Shown in pieces: positions 32,053 to 44,124 of a DNA stretch of 64,000 nucleotides. The notes beneath the pieces were generated by a model. The model searched no databases. It was not told the origin of the DNA and worked only from the letters and a program-made list of their open reading frames with translations. The stretch is from positions 1,216,001-1,280,000 of the forward strand of contig OY729427.2 in assembly GCA_963422375.2 (NCBI GenBank). The letters run 5' to 3'. The translations under genes were made by a program, and so were the position numbers. The DNA comes from Bryobacterales bacterium. Lineage in GTDB: Bacteria > Acidobacteriota > Terriglobia > Bryobacterales > UBA6623. The stretch's first letter is position 1, and every line of letters begins with the position of its first letter.

Positions 32053-33918
32053 GTGATGAATGCCCGGACCTTCGCGGCGGCGCTGCTTGCCATGTCGGCG
32101 CTCGCCTGCGCGCAACTGCCCTCGATAGAGATCGACACGCCGATGACGCCGCCCGGATGGGCGCTGCAGCAGCGTGCCCTGCTCGAGGAGAACTCCCGGG
32201 CTGTCGAGGCCTTCGCCGCGAAGTACCTTGACGAGCGGGGCTATCTGCTACACACGCCTCGCTGGGGCACGCTCGACGGACCTGACGACGCCATCGAGAC
32301 GTTTTACAACTGGACGCTTCTGCACGCCCTAGGCGGGTCGGACGAAGTCCTGGACCTCTACAAGAAGGGCCTCGAGGGCCACCTGCGGCAGTACGACGAA
32401 CTGCGCACGGAGCTGACGACACTGGCCCGCAACGGAGCCTACCACCGCGAATTCATCACCCAGTCGGACTGGTTCCACACGGGCGAGGGCATGCGGGCGT
32501 TCCTGCTAATGGGGCACTCGGAGCCCGACAACGCCCAGCTCGTAGAGCGCATGGAGCGGTTCGCGCAGATGTACACGGGCGAGGACGCGACGGCGCCGAA
32601 CTACGACAAGGAGCACAAGATCATCCGCAGCATCTGGAACGGGAGCCTCGGGCCGATGCTGCGCAGGGCGACCGTGTACGACTGGGTCGGCGACCCGGTG
32701 GCGGGCAAGTTCCACCTCCTGCACAATCCGGCGCGCGCGACGAAGCTGCTGGACCTCGAGGAGTGGTATCCGCGCATGCTGGCGCACTGCGACGAGTACC
32801 TCGACTCGGTCGGCGACAACTTCCTAAACCTCGCCGCAACGCTGCTCGGCACGAACACCTACGCGCTTACGGGCAAGGAGAAGTACCGCGAATGGACGCT
32901 CGAGTACTTGGACGCGTGGAAGGAACGCGCCGCGGCGACCGGAGGCATGATTCCGTCGAACATCGGCTTGGACGGCACGCTCGGCGGGGCGCACGGCGGG
33001 CAGTGGTGGAAGGGGACCTACGGCTGGAACTTCACGATCTTCGACGGGGAGCTCGAGCAGGTCGCCCACCGCAACTACTTCACTGCAGCGAGCTTCCAAG
33101 GCTTCGCGAACGGGCTCCTGCTGACAGGCGACCAGAGCTACATCGACGTGCTGCGGAAGCAGATGGACCTGATTCTCGACGCGGGGAGGACAGAGGGCGG
33201 CCGGAGGCTCCTGCCGACGATGTACGGCGATCCGCGCGGCTACGCGCATGATGGGGATCCGGAGTTTTACCGATTCGAGCCGGTCACCTACTCGGACCGA
33301 CTCGCCGAGATCTATCTCTGGTCTATGAAGCCTTCCGACTTGGAGCGGGTTCCCTTGCAGCAGGAGGCATGGCTGGCGTTCCTCCAAGGCGAGAGACCCC
33401 GCTACCCCGAGGAGGCCATGAGTGCCGACTCACTGCACATCCGCCAGAGGCTCGAGCTGATGCGGAACGACGAGACCACGCCGGACACGCGCCTAGCGGA
33501 CTACCTGCTGGGGATCATGCCTGCGACGACCGACACGCTGATGCAGCTGACCACAGGCGGGTATTTCGCGCGGGGGCGGATCTGGGTGCTCCACAGCCGG
33601 CTGCGCCACTTCGACTCGCAGCGCAAGCGCGCGGGCCTGCCGCAGGACGTAGCGGCACTCGTTCACGAACTGGCCGAAGATTCGGTCACGGTCACGCTGG
33701 TCAACGTGAACCAAGCGGAGCCGCGGGAGCTGATCGTGCAGGCCGGCGGGTACGGCGAGCACCAGTTCACGCGCTTGGAAGGCGTCGGCGCGCCGGTGGA
33801 CCTAGACGCCAAGGCAGTGGCAGTGCGGCTCGCTCCCGGAGCGGGGCAACGGCTGACGCTTCGGATGAAGCGCTACGCCAACCGGCCGGATCTCTCGTTC
33901 CCGTGGGCCGGCCGATAA
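32053..33918 (+). CDS. Secreted hypothetical protein, possibly an alpha/alpha-barrel carbohydrate-active enzyme
   Basis: Signal peptide, GGGAGG RBS, strong GC3 bias, 621 aa, aromatic/acidic motifs (DGPDDAIE, DWFHTGEG). Confidence 0.75.
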   Translation: MMNARTFAAALLAMSALACAQLPSIEIDTPMTPPGWALQQRALLEENSRAVEAFAAKYLDERGYLLHTPRWGTLDGPDDAIETFYNWTLLHALGGSDEVLDLYKKGLEGHLRQYDELRTELTTLARNGAYHREFITQSDWFHTGEGMRAFLLMGHSEPDNAQLVERMERFAQMYTGEDATAPNYDKEHKIIRSIWNGSLGPMLRRATVYDWVGDPVAGKFHLLHNPARATKLLDLEEWYPRMLAHCDEYLDSVGDNFLNLAATLLGTNTYALTGKEKYREWTLEYLDAWKERAAATGGMIPSNIGLDGTLGGAHGGQWWKGTYGWNFTIFDGELEQVAHRNYFTAASFQGFANGLLLTGDQSYIDVLRKQMDLILDAGRTEGGRRLLPTMYGDPRGYAHDGDPEFYRFEPVTYSDRLAEIYLWSMKPSDLERVPLQQEAWLAFLQGERPRYPEEAMSADSLHIRQRLELMRNDETTPDTRLADYLLGIMPATTDTLMQLTTGGYFARGRIWVLHSRLRHFDSQRKRAGLPQDVAALVHELAEDSVTVTLVNVNQAEPRELIVQAGGYGEHQFTRLEGVGAPVDLDAKAVAVRLAPGAGQRLTLRMKRYANRPDLSFPWAGR

Positions 33919-34526
33919 AGCGGCAGCGCGAGCGCGGCGACGACCGAGTCGGGGTCCCTTCGTGTATCGAGCGAGGCTCTCGGACGCGAGAGTCGATCAG
34001 CGCGTCCTCGGAGCGCATCTGGTCGTCGTCGGTGACCTCGACGATTTCAAGGCCGCGCACAGGATCGACTTGGTCCAGCACGTCAGCGAGAGGCTGCAAG
34101 GTGACGCCGTGTGGCGGCGCGGGCAGGCGGTCTAGTCCAAGCCGCGACAGCCCCGCATGCAGTGGCCGCTTGCAGCTCGCCGCACGGGTTGCGGACACCG
34201 AACTCCGCACGGAACAGCATGCCCATGGCGGTGCAGGCGGCCCAGCAGTGTTCCTTAAGCAGCTTCTCGAGACGGGCCCGGGACTCGTCGGTGGCTAGCG
34301 ATTCTCAATTTGGGCATTTCGGGATTTCCAGAGTGTCTGAGAGGGGTCCGAAGGCAGTCTGGCGCAACCGGGCGCTCGAGGATCCGATCGCCATTGCGCG
34401 CGAGGCGCTAGCGACAGCGCGGTGCAGGTGCTCGGCGACGAGACGTTGCGCGACTTCGCCCGCGAGCTGGCCCAGACCGTAAGTAGCGCCGGTGACAATA
34501 CTCGTATCCGGTTGACAGTAAGGAAG

Positions 34527-35528
34527 GGGAATTATATATCTGAGTGCCGACAACGTCATGTCCGACTAGAACTGCTCTGAGCAGGGAGGTCGGCGTCTAG
34601 CTCGGGTCATTCGAGTGCGGCCGCGGTGGGCACGGAGGGGGTGGGATCGCATCTGAATCGAACCTGCCAGCGGATTTGACGAGGGACGGATTAGAGAGGC
34701 CCCCTCGCATGCCCCGGTGGAACCCGGCTTGCGGCGGAGGGGCACCCCTTGCAAGCCGATTTCGTGCCCTCCGAGGGCCGAAGATCTCGTGCTTGTTGCG
34801 CTCCTTGCCGCCGACATAGGTCTCGTCCACCTCCACCGGGCCGGCGAACAGGCCCTGATCCCGCTCCCAGCACGCGCGGATGCGGTGCGCCAGGTGCCAG
34901 GGCGACTTCCGGCTGATGCCCAGGTCGCGGTGAAGCTTCATGCTCGAGACACCCTTGATGCCGGTGGTCAGCCAGCGGTTCTAAATTTGGCCATCAAGGT
35001 GGTGGGCGAGCGTTGTTTCGGAGGATGAGGTGAACAAGTTGACCGATCTCAGACACTCTGGAAGTCCCAGAATGCCCAAATTTAGAATTGCTGGGTGGTC
35101 AGCAGGAACAGGGTGACGGCCCAGACGCGGTAGCCGAGCTTGGTGCCGGCCATCACGCTGCCGGTACACACGGAAAAGCGCTTGCCGCAGCCGCGGCAAC
35201 GGTACGGCATCGAAGGGTGGGCCGCGCCGGACTGCACGCTGGAGCCGAGGCAGTGGGGGCACGCGGGGCTGTCCGGCCAGCGCATGGCAGCGAACCATCT
35301 TTCCGCGGATTCGTCATCGGGGAACATGGCGATCACTTCGATCAATGTGATGCCTCTAAGAATCCACTTTCCGGGACCTTTATTCTTCACTAACGATATC
35401 CTATACTGGAAATATTCTGCCAAGAAACACCACTGAATGTCAACGGGACTCTGGAAGATATATAAAAATATCTTATGACTTGATAAGTTGCCGACTTGGT
35501 TCCCTCGGCACTCAGATATATAATTCCC
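34527..35528 (-). mobile_element. IS1595 copy 4, internally deleted and carrying a MITE
   Basis: Both TIRs present; transposase jumps from ERNKHE directly into the 3' non-coding region. Confidence 0.9.
34973..35093 (-). mobile_element. 121-bp MITE derived from the ISNCY element at 36210-37763
   Basis: Consists of the two ISNCY ends joined; 10-bp target duplication GGTGGTCAGC at 34963-34972 and 35094-35103. Confidence 0.88.
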
Positions 35529-35752
35529 TATAGAAGCCAATTCTAGTCTCCCAAGACGAAGATTTCTCTGTAACGGAGTGACTCGTCCGAATCCCTGCGG
35601 ATTCCGGGCAAGGCGCGGTAGTCTTCGCGATCAGCGGCTGAGCACCCTCCGAGGTTGGATTCTCTATGCAGTGCTCGTATCGTCATACGACTCCAGGATG
35701 AAATATGCAAAGCTGATCAGGTCAGAATCCAGTCGTTTTGTCACAGGCACTA

Positions 35753-35938
35753 AGTAGCAGCGTCACCACCGACTGGACGCTCCGGGAGAACGTCCGCGCC
35801 AATCTGCGCCGGCTCGTCAAGCGCCTCCTGCGCAAGCACAGCTATCCGCCGGACAGGCAGGAGGCGTCGACACGGACTGTGCAGGATCAAGCAGGGGTGC
35901 TGTCGACTGGGTGGTCGCTGGAGGTTGGTCCACGGTGA
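35753..35938 (+). pseudogene. hsdR: Type I restriction subunit HsdR C-terminal (DUF3387) remnant
   Basis: [40 protein letters not shown]; cut upstream by an IS end (35697-35752). Confidence 0.8.
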
Positions 35939-36209
35939 CTCAGGGAACACAGGGCGCACAGATGTGGCGCGGCTGGCGTCCGTCAACGAACGCTGGAGCC
36001 AGAGGGCGCCTAGGGTAGCCGGAATGCACAACTGCACACAGCCGACGCCAAGTCCGTACTGGATGAGTGCGGTGTCGTTCGCCGACCTTCACCGGTTGCT
36101 GAGGGCCGTCGGCGACGCGCCGGGTGGCCTTCGGCCCCGCGAGCTAGACGCCCTCGTGCTGGCACGTAGGGTGGCTCTCACGGCCCGCCGATCACTGCCG
36201 AAGCCGACC

Positions 36210-37763
36210 CAGCGATTCTAAATTTGGGCATTCTGGGACTTCCAGAGTGTCTGAGAAGGGTGTCGAAGGCTGGCTGGCACTTGACTTTTCCTAGCGGACT
36301 TTGTGAGCTAGGGGGTATGCCCCAGGTCTTGGACGCGTTGCTGAGCGCCTTCCGCGAGACGGCCGCCGACCTGCCCGACCGGCGCACCGGTCGCAACACG
36401 CGCTACGCGGTCAGCGACGCCGCCGGTTGCGCTCTGTCCTGCTTCTTCACCCGGTGCGAGTCGTTCCTCGCGTCCCAGCGCAGCATGGAGCGGGACGGCT
36501 CCCGCTCCAACTGCCGGACCCTGTTCGGCGTGGGCCGCATCCCCTGCGACAACCGGATCCGCAACTTGCTCGACGGCCTCGACCCGGCCGCGTTCGACCC
36601 GCTGTTCCGGCTGGGCTTGGAAACCGTGGCCGCGCGGGGCGCGCTCAAGCCCTTCCAGCGCCTCGGCGAGCGCCTGCTGGTGGCTCTGGACGGCATCCGG
36701 TTCCACTGCTCCGACACGGTGCGTTGCCAGCAGTGCTCGGTGCGGCACCTTGGCAGCGAACGCCGGCCGCAGTACTTCCACACCATGGTTGCGGCCACCG
36801 TGGTGGCCGACGGCCACGCCACCGTCCTGCCGCTGATGCCCGAGTTCGTGTGCCCGCAGCAGGACGCGGCCGCGACCCGCGCCGACATGAGCGAGGACGA
36901 GCGCAAGCGGGACTGCGAGCGCAACGCCGCCAAGCGCTGGCTCGCCGCTCACGGCGCCTGGCTGCAGGCCTGCCGCCCCGTCCTGCCGGGCGACGACCTG
37001 TACTGCTGCCAGCCGCTCTGCGAGGCCGCCGCGGCGGCCGGCATGGACTACATCCGGGTATGCAAGCCCGGATCCCGCAAGCACTTGTACGAGGTGCTGG
37101 AGAGCCGGCGGGCGAGCGGCACCGTTTCCGCCGGACGGACGCGGTGCCCCTGCGCCAGGGCCGCGACGCCCTGCAGGGCACTTGGATCGAGTACGCCGTG
37201 GAGTGCGACGGCAAGCGCACCTGCGCCAGCAGCTTCTTCACCAGTCTCGCGGTCACCGCGGACAATGCGGAGCGGATCGCGCGGGCCGGCCGGGCGCGCT
37301 GGAAGATCGAGAACGAGGGCTTCAACTGCCTGGCGCGGCACGGCTGCAACTTCAGGCACGGCAAGGCCGCGCTGGCCAACGTGCTGGCCGTGCTGAACCT
37401 GTTCGCCTTCGTGCTCCACGCCGTGGTGCAGTGCGTCTGCGCGCTGTGGCGGCAGTGCCGGCGCAAGGCTGGTCACGCGCCGCGACTTGTTCGAGGAGCT
37501 GAGGGTCGCGCTGCGCTGGTTCCGCTTCCCGGACTGGCCGACTCTGCTGGCGGCGGTGCGCGCCGGACGCGCGACGCCAGGCTGCCAGCCGGCCGCGGGC
37601 CCGGCACCAAGCGAACCCGTCGCGGGGTCGCGCCACAGCCCTGCCAGCCGTCCGACGCTCCCGCGGGGCGGCCTCAGTAGCGCGACCTCTCGGTCAACTT
37701 GTTCACCTCATCCTCCGAAACAACGCTTACCTACCACCTTGATGGCCAAATTGAGAACCGCTG
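36210..37763 (+). mobile_element. ISNCY-family element, frameshifted transposase
   Basis: TIR CAGCGATTCTAAATTTGG / CCAAATTGAGAACCGCTG; PDRRTGRN, LVALDG, DCERNAAKRW, GDDLY, GRARWKIENEGFN. Confidence 0.88.
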
Positions 37764-38022
37764 CCCGCCGCCGCAACCGCAGCGGTGGTCGAAGAACCTA
37801 GGCCCGCTGATGCTCAGCACCGAGCCCGGGCGCTTCTAGCGCGCCCGGTTGAGCGAGTCGCGGCGGTAGCCGAGCAGTTCGGCCAGCGGGTGATCGCGAA
37901 CTCTGTCGCACGCGCCGCGCCAAGCGGCCGACCCGGGATCCCAAGGCTGATTCCTTCTCGTTTGCGAGTCTACGTCAAGCGGGAACTGTGTTATGCTTAT
38001 TCTGATGACGGTAGATTGAATC

Positions 38023-38295
38023 TTGTCAGCAGGAGCAGCGGCGATAGCTGTCTTGGCAGCCGTTGTGGCCGTGCCATCGACCCTTTCTCGGCAGGGTGCG
38101 ACGGTGGAGTCTCTGGGCAAGACGGTCGAGTCGATCGCAGAGACCGTCAAAGGTCAGAGCGATGCGGTTGCCGACCAGAACCAAGTTGTCTCGCAGCTGG
38201 CGTCGTGCATTGTGGGGCTTATGCTAGAGAAGAATCAGAGATTGGAGAGACCACTGCGCTTACCGGAGAGCTGCCAAGCAATCGCAAATAGATGA
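38023..38295 (+). CDS. Small membrane-anchored hypothetical protein
   Basis: Hydrophobic N-terminus plus a heptad-like segment; start unclear. Confidence 0.35.
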   Translation: MSAGAAAIAVLAAVVAVPSTLSRQGATVESLGKTVESIAETVKGQSDAVADQNQVVSQLASCIVGLMLEKNQRLERPLRLPESCQAIANR

Positions 38296-38743
38296 TCAGT
38301 GGCTGTCATTTTAATGAATTCATCATAGCGCGAGTTCACTAGTCATTTCTACAATAAACACTTGTTTTCGACGAATTTCTGCCAGTATGAAGTGGCGATC
38401 TGTCGGGTCTCAAGGGTTGGAGGTCGAGTAGGAACGTCAATCCCGAAGCCTAATTCCCAATAATCTAGACGGGCGGGCGGAGTTGAGGAGCGGACTTCGG
38501 GCACGTGAGGAGCCCATAGCAGTCCGTGATGCGAGAAGATTCTTGACGCCTTCTATGATTCCCTTTCGTTTCGTTACGACATCGCATTGCTTCGGCAGGT
38601 TGTCCGTCATCCATTCCAGTCTCATGGCCGCCTGCCGCGCCTGCACGGCTGATGCATGGAGATTCCTAGCGTCAATGTGTCAATGACCGACGTAGGGCGT
38701 GCTTCGTCCTAGCCTGAATGTCCGACATACGAGCGGTTAGGGA

Positions 38744-40835
38744 GTGGGCTGGCTTTCTTGGCGGGAATCGTGTATACCCGGAGCTATGGCAATCGTTGCT
38801 GCAGCCCAAGTGCTTCCCGCCCGGGAAAACCCGGAGTTCCGCTTGGAGGAGGTGGCGATGCGCTTGATTCAGCCCGACGAGCGGCTGGAGTGGGACCGGC
38901 GCATGGACGCAGGACACTACCTGGGCTTCCGGCAGTTCGCGGGCCGCGGGCTGCGCTACGTGGCCGAGTGGCGCGGGCAGTGGCTGGCAGACCGGCGTGT
39001 TCCAGTGCGCTCCGCACGACCGCTGGATCGGCTGGCACCGTGCGGTGCGGATGCGCCGTCTGCATCTGATCGCCAACAACACGCGCTTCCCGCGTGCTGC
39101 CCGCGGGCGAGGGCCTTAAGAACCTCGGCTCGTACGTGCTGGGGGACAACCTGCGGCACCTCGCCGCGGACTGGGAGCGGCGCTGGGGGCATCCGCTGCT
39201 GCTGGCCGAGACCTTCGTGCAGCCGAGCGCGTACCGCGGCACGGTGTACCTGGCGGCGCACTGGATCCCGCTGGGGCTGACCCGGGGCTACGCGCGCTCG
39301 AACGGCAAGTACACCGCCAAGCACGGGGAGCGCAAGCGCATGCTGGCGTACCCACTGCAGGACGACGCGCGGGAACTGCTGCAAGACCCGCTGGACCGCC
39401 CGGAATGGTCCTGCCGGGCGGTGCAGGTGCAGTACGAGCAGGCCGAGCTGCGCTCGCTGCAGGACATGCCGGACGAGCTGGAGGACCCGCGCAGCGTGCG
39501 CGGCCTGCGGCATCCGCCGGGCGCCGCGGTGGCGTTGCCAGCGCTGGCGAAGCTGGCCGGGCACAGCGGCGGCCGGGCCGCCGAGAGGTTCTCCAAGGCC
39601 TTGACGCAAAAGGAGTTACGGATCCTCGGCTACCGCTTCCGGCGCGACCCCGGGCGCTGCGAGGCGCCCTCGGACACGACCTTCCAGCGCATCATGGAGC
39701 GGCTCGAGCCGGGGGAGCTGGAGCGCGTCGTCCAGCGCTGGACGCAGCCGCGCTGCAAGCGTCCCGCGGCGGTGGCCGCGGACGGCAAGCGCATTCGCGG
39801 GGCCAACCGCCTCACGCCGGAAGGCACGCATTACGAGACGGTCACGCTGGTGGACCACGCGACGGGCATCCCGCTGGCGAGCCGGGGCTACTTCGAGGAG
39901 GGCGGCGAGCCGGCAGCGATGCGGGCGCTGCTGGAGGAGCTGGACGTGCGCGGGCTGGTGGTGACCTTGGACGCGGGACACGCCGGGTTCGCCACGGAGG
40001 CCGCGCTGGCGGACCGGCACGGCGCGGACTACCTGCAGATGATCAAGGGCAACTGCAAGGCCACGCTGGCACGGCTGGCGGCCCGGGACTGGTCGCGGGG
40101 GCGCCGCTACGCGCAGCGCTGGACGCGCTCGCACGGGCGCTGGGAGAAGCGCCTGATCGAGGTCGTGGACTTGGAGCCCGGGGAGCTGGCGTTCCGGCAC
40201 GTGCGCCAGGCGATCCGCGTGACGCGCCCCACGCGTAAGACCGAGGACGGCCGGTGACCGAGGGGGTGCTCCACGGCATCACGTCGCTGACGCGCGCGCA
40301 GGCCGGGGCGCGGCGCCTGCTGACGCTGCAGCGCGGCCGCCGGGCGGTGGAGAACGCGAACCACTACTCGCGCGACGTGGCGTTCCGCGAGGACGCCAGC
40401 CGCATCCGCACCGGCAACGGGCCCCTGGCGAACGTGGCGCTGAACAACCTCGTGCTGGCGATCGTGCGCCGCCGGGGCAAGGAATTCGACACGGTGCCGC
40501 AGGCGCGGATCCACTTCAGCGTGCGGCGCGAGGACGCCTTGGCGGCGATCCTGCAGCCGATCCGAACCGCCGACCTGACGCCGCTGCGCGCGGGGCGGTC
40601 GGCCGGAGCTTGGAACGCCGGCCCGGCGGGTCCCGCAGCAAGGGACCGGGCGGAGAAAGGGGCCGGTTTGCGCGTGCTGCCGGGCGGGCCTGCCCGCGGC
40701 CCGAAGGACGGGCCGCTTCAGAGGGCGGTGCGCATCCTCCCGCACCGAATCGGCCGCTGCGCAAGTCCTAGCACCCACTCATCCTACACACCACCCGCTT
40801 GGCCTAGACCCACACACGAGAAGGAATCAACCCTG
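38744..40835 (+). mobile_element. ISAs1-family element with N-terminal DUF4338 (DruA-like) domain, degenerate
   Basis: HYLGF..GRGLRYVAE, IANNTR, LLAETFV..GTVYLAAHW, then DPRSVRGLRH, AADGKRIRG, VTLDAGH, KGN, HGRWEKR, VEN..HY.RD.AFRED; right end AATCAACCCTG. Left boundary approximate. Confidence 0.85.
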
Positions 40836-41114
40836 GCCGCGCCTGCCGCCGCGGGTCTAGCGGACCCTCCGCGCCCTTGCGAGGGCGGGGTGCAGCCTGA
40901 AATCGCGGTCGAGTCGCGGGACACGCACCCGGCCTGCGGCCGCTCGAGCAGCGCCAAATGGGCTGGTCGCTCAAGGCGAGGACGGTCTCAGCGGCACTGA
41001 ACGTGCCCACCTACGCGAGCGGCTCGCTGCAGCTCAGCACGACGGGCCATCTGGGACTCGAGCTCCCATCGTACGTCGGGGACAATGTGACGCCTGCTGG
41101 CCAACGAGCGCTGG

Positions 41115-41527
41115 TCACTCGTGGCGCGTTTTTCCGAGTCCAGATGAAGGAGAGCGGTGGTCCGCATGACCTCGCAGGAAAGCGGCGACGAGACCCAGTA
41201 CGGTCGCCCCGCCGACTGTCGCGGCGGCTAGGGCATGACCTGAGTGACCAAGGAACGCCGAAGTGGCAAATGCCGACAGGGTGACGATCAGAGCATATTG
41301 CTGCCCTCGCCGCTCACCGTCGGAGCTTCGCTCCGCCATTCGAAGGATTCGGTCGGACGACCCAGGTACCGCACTCTCGTACTCTCGCAGAACCCCGGGG
41401 GAGGGATGGGTCCGGAAAACGCCACCGCAACGGATCGGCCGACGGCCGCGCTATCACCGTCGCTCTCCAGTCGGGCAACGCCCTGCCGGCTCGCCTCCGC
41501 CTCAGCGCCGTGGTCCGGTGTCTCCAT
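41115..41527 (-). pseudogene. DUF2335 membrane protein, frameshifted
   Basis: FSGPIPPP / VLREYESAVPGSSDRILRMAE followed by two TM helices. Confidence 0.7.
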
Positions 41528-41744
41528 TGGTTTCAGCTTCCTCGACGGCGATCCCCATCGCAGACCGAAGGTGATCCCCCACCCGGGCCCAAGCCCGGCC
41601 GACGCGCTCTTCGGGAGTCGAGCCGTGGGCGGGCCATATATCGATCAGGCTCCCGATGGCTCTAAAATACGCGGTCCTTCGCATGGCCCGCGCGGTATGC
41701 TGATCCGGAATCTCGGCCCTTGGCACCATGAGGTACTCCTCCAT
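41502..41744 (-). CDS. Small hypothetical protein coupled to the DUF2335 gene
   Basis: AWARVGDHLRSAM motif; overlaps the DUF2335 start. Confidence 0.45.
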   Translation of the reverse strand: MEEYLMVPRAEIPDQHTARAMRRTAYFRAIGSLIDIWPAHGSTPEERVGRAWARVGDHLRSAMGIAVEEAETNGDTGPRR

Positions 41745-42189
41745 CGCTACGAGCAGTATAACCGGTCGTCAACGGATGTCCGCTCGCGGGTCGGTCGCGA
41801 CGAAATTGGCCTCTAGTCCCGAACTGCGGTTATTCTCGTTCTAAACATCCAAGCCGTTCGGCAGGGTGTTCACACGTCTGCAGAGCGGACGCTTGGAGCA
41901 GGTATGGGTCGGGGTCGGACTGAGAGCGAGCAGAGATCTGTCCCATAGCCGGAAGTGTTTCGCGTTCTTCTTGGCGACGGGCGGACCAATCCAGTCGGCC
42001 TGGCTCCAACCGGTCGCGTCCGGACTCGTATCCACGACTCCATCCGGCACGACACGATCTGCCTTTTCGCCGTCAGGTCCTACTGGGTGCCCATTCGACT
42101 CCGCAGTGCGACACCCCCCGAGCCACAGGATCGGAGGGAGGGGTGAGGGAAGGCAGCGACCGGTGGTGCCGGGAGGAGCGGAAAGTCCC

Positions 42190-42400
42190 ATGCCGAGGAG
42201 GTGCAAGCACGTGAGGAAGGAGGATCGCTGCCGGATCGAGACGCTGCGGGCCGCGTGCATGGGAGCGGCGGAGGCGGACGGCGTCGTGCCACCCGCACAA
42301 GGTGAACGGCCGCGCTGCGAGCGCGGATCGAGACCTGCCTGCGGCAGGCCCGGAGCCCGGAGCAAGTCGCGGCGTGGCTGAAGCTGGAGGAAATCTTCCT
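42190..42400 (+). mobile_element. IS30-family transposase remnant
   Basis: MPRRCKHVRKEDRCRIETLR (HTH) and SPEQVAAWLK fragments. Confidence 0.6.
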
Positions 42401-42457
42401 AGCGGGTCAGGAACGGAGGGGAACTGCGCGCGGGCGGTGCGGTGCCGGTCCTCCGGG

Positions 42458-43254
42458 CAGGGTTGATTCCTTCTCGTTTGTGGGTCTAGGCCAAGCGTGT
42501 GGTGTGTAGGGTGAGTGGGCGCTAGGACCCGCGTAGCGGCCGATTCTGCGCGGGAGGATGTGCACCGGCCCCCGGAAGCGGCCCGTCATACGGGCCCGGG
42601 CAGGTCCTCCCGGCAGCACGCGCGAACCGGCCCCTTCCCCGCCCAGTCCCTTGCTGCGGGACCTGCCGGGCCGACGTTCCAAGCTCCGGCCGACCGCCCC
42701 GCGCGCTGCGGCGTCAGGCCGGCGGTTCAGATCGGCTGCAGGATCGCCGCCAAGGCGTCCTCGCGTCGCACGCTGAAGTGGATCCGCTCCTGCGGTACCG
42801 TGTCGAATTCCTTGCCCCGGCGGCGCACGATCGCCAGCACGAGGTTGTTCGGCGCCGCGTTCGCCAGGGCCCGTTGCCGGTGCGGATGCGGCCAGCGTCC
42901 TCGCGGAAGGCCGCGTCGCGCGAGTAGCGGTTCGCGTTCTCCACCGCCCGGCGGCCGCGCTGCAGCGTCAGCAGGCGCCGCGTCCAGCGCTGCGCGTAGC
43001 GGCGCCCCCGCAACCAATCCCGGGCCGCCAGCCGTGCCAGCACGGCCTTGCAGTTGCCCTTGATCATCTGCGGGTAGTCCGTGCCGTGCCGGTCCGCCAG
43101 CGCGGCCTCCGTGGCGACCCCGGCGTGCCCCGCGTCCAAGGTGACCACCAGCCCGCGCACGTCCACCTCCTCCAGCAGCCCCCGCATCACCGCCCTCTTC
43201 GCAGTAGCCCCGGCTCGCCAGCGGGATGCCCGCCAGCGTGACCGTCTCGTAATC
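42458..43254 (-). mobile_element. Partial second copy of the ISAs1 element (3' part, deleted)
   Basis: High similarity to 39830-40835; same right end CAGGGTTGATTCC; cut by IS1595 copy 5. Confidence 0.85.
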
Positions 43255-43992
43255 GGAATTATATATCTGAGTGCCGACAACGCCATGTCCGACTAGAACT
43301 GCTCTGTGCAGGGAGGCCGACATCGAGCTCGGGTCATTCGAGTGCGGCCGCGGTGGGCACGGAAGGGTGGGCTCGCATCTGAATCGAACCTGCCAGCGGA
43401 TTTGACGAGGCACGGATTGGAGAGGCCCCCTCGCATGCCCCGGTGGAACCCGGCTTGCGGTGGGGGGCACCCCTTGCAAGCCGATTGCATGCCCTCCGAG
43501 GGCCGAAGACAGCGGATCCCCGGCGCTCGACGGCCTGCATCGACGGTCCGGGCCGGACACGGGTCGCGCCGGGGCATTCGGGACCCGGTGCGCCCCTCGC
43601 ACCGAGCGTGCAGCGCACCGAGCGTGAAGAGCGCGCCCGCAGCGGGCCGCCGCGCTCAGCTCGGCGGGCGTCGCTCAGGCCGCGACCGCGGCCTGGCCGG
43701 TCAGCTGCCGGTAGGTCAGCGTCTTGCCGACCAGGCCCCGCGCCATGCGCCGCATCTGTTCCGCCGTGTCGCAGTCGCGGTCGTTGCACCGTCCCGCGAA
43801 CTCCGCGAGGTAGCGGCCGAGATGACGGACGCTCATCCGGTGATAGGTGCCGTACAGGCCGCGCTTGAACAGGGACCAAAACGATTCGATGCCGTTCGCA
43901 TGCGCTGCCCCGCGCACGTACTCGCCGCCGGAGTGCCTGACGGCTTCGTGCAGGAACTCCTCCATGCCGGCGCAGGCCGCCGCCTCGTCGGG
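43255..43992 (-). mobile_element. IS1595 copy 5, right part only
   Basis: TIR at 43255; transposase C-terminus 43675-43990. Confidence 0.9.
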
Positions 43993-44124
43993 ATTCTAGC
44001 CCCCCCGCCAAGAACTCGACAATCTCATCCTCCGCAGCGGGAGACCTTCACTCCCTGTCCATTCGCCAGTCAGCCCAACTGTTCGCCTCCATGCAGTCCA
44101 TGCGGCCTGTTTGAAGTCGGCAGA

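Noticed and set aside
33920..34500. Possible minus-strand gene remnant
   Set aside because: Fragmentary and unrecognised apart from an ISNCY end near 34298-34355.
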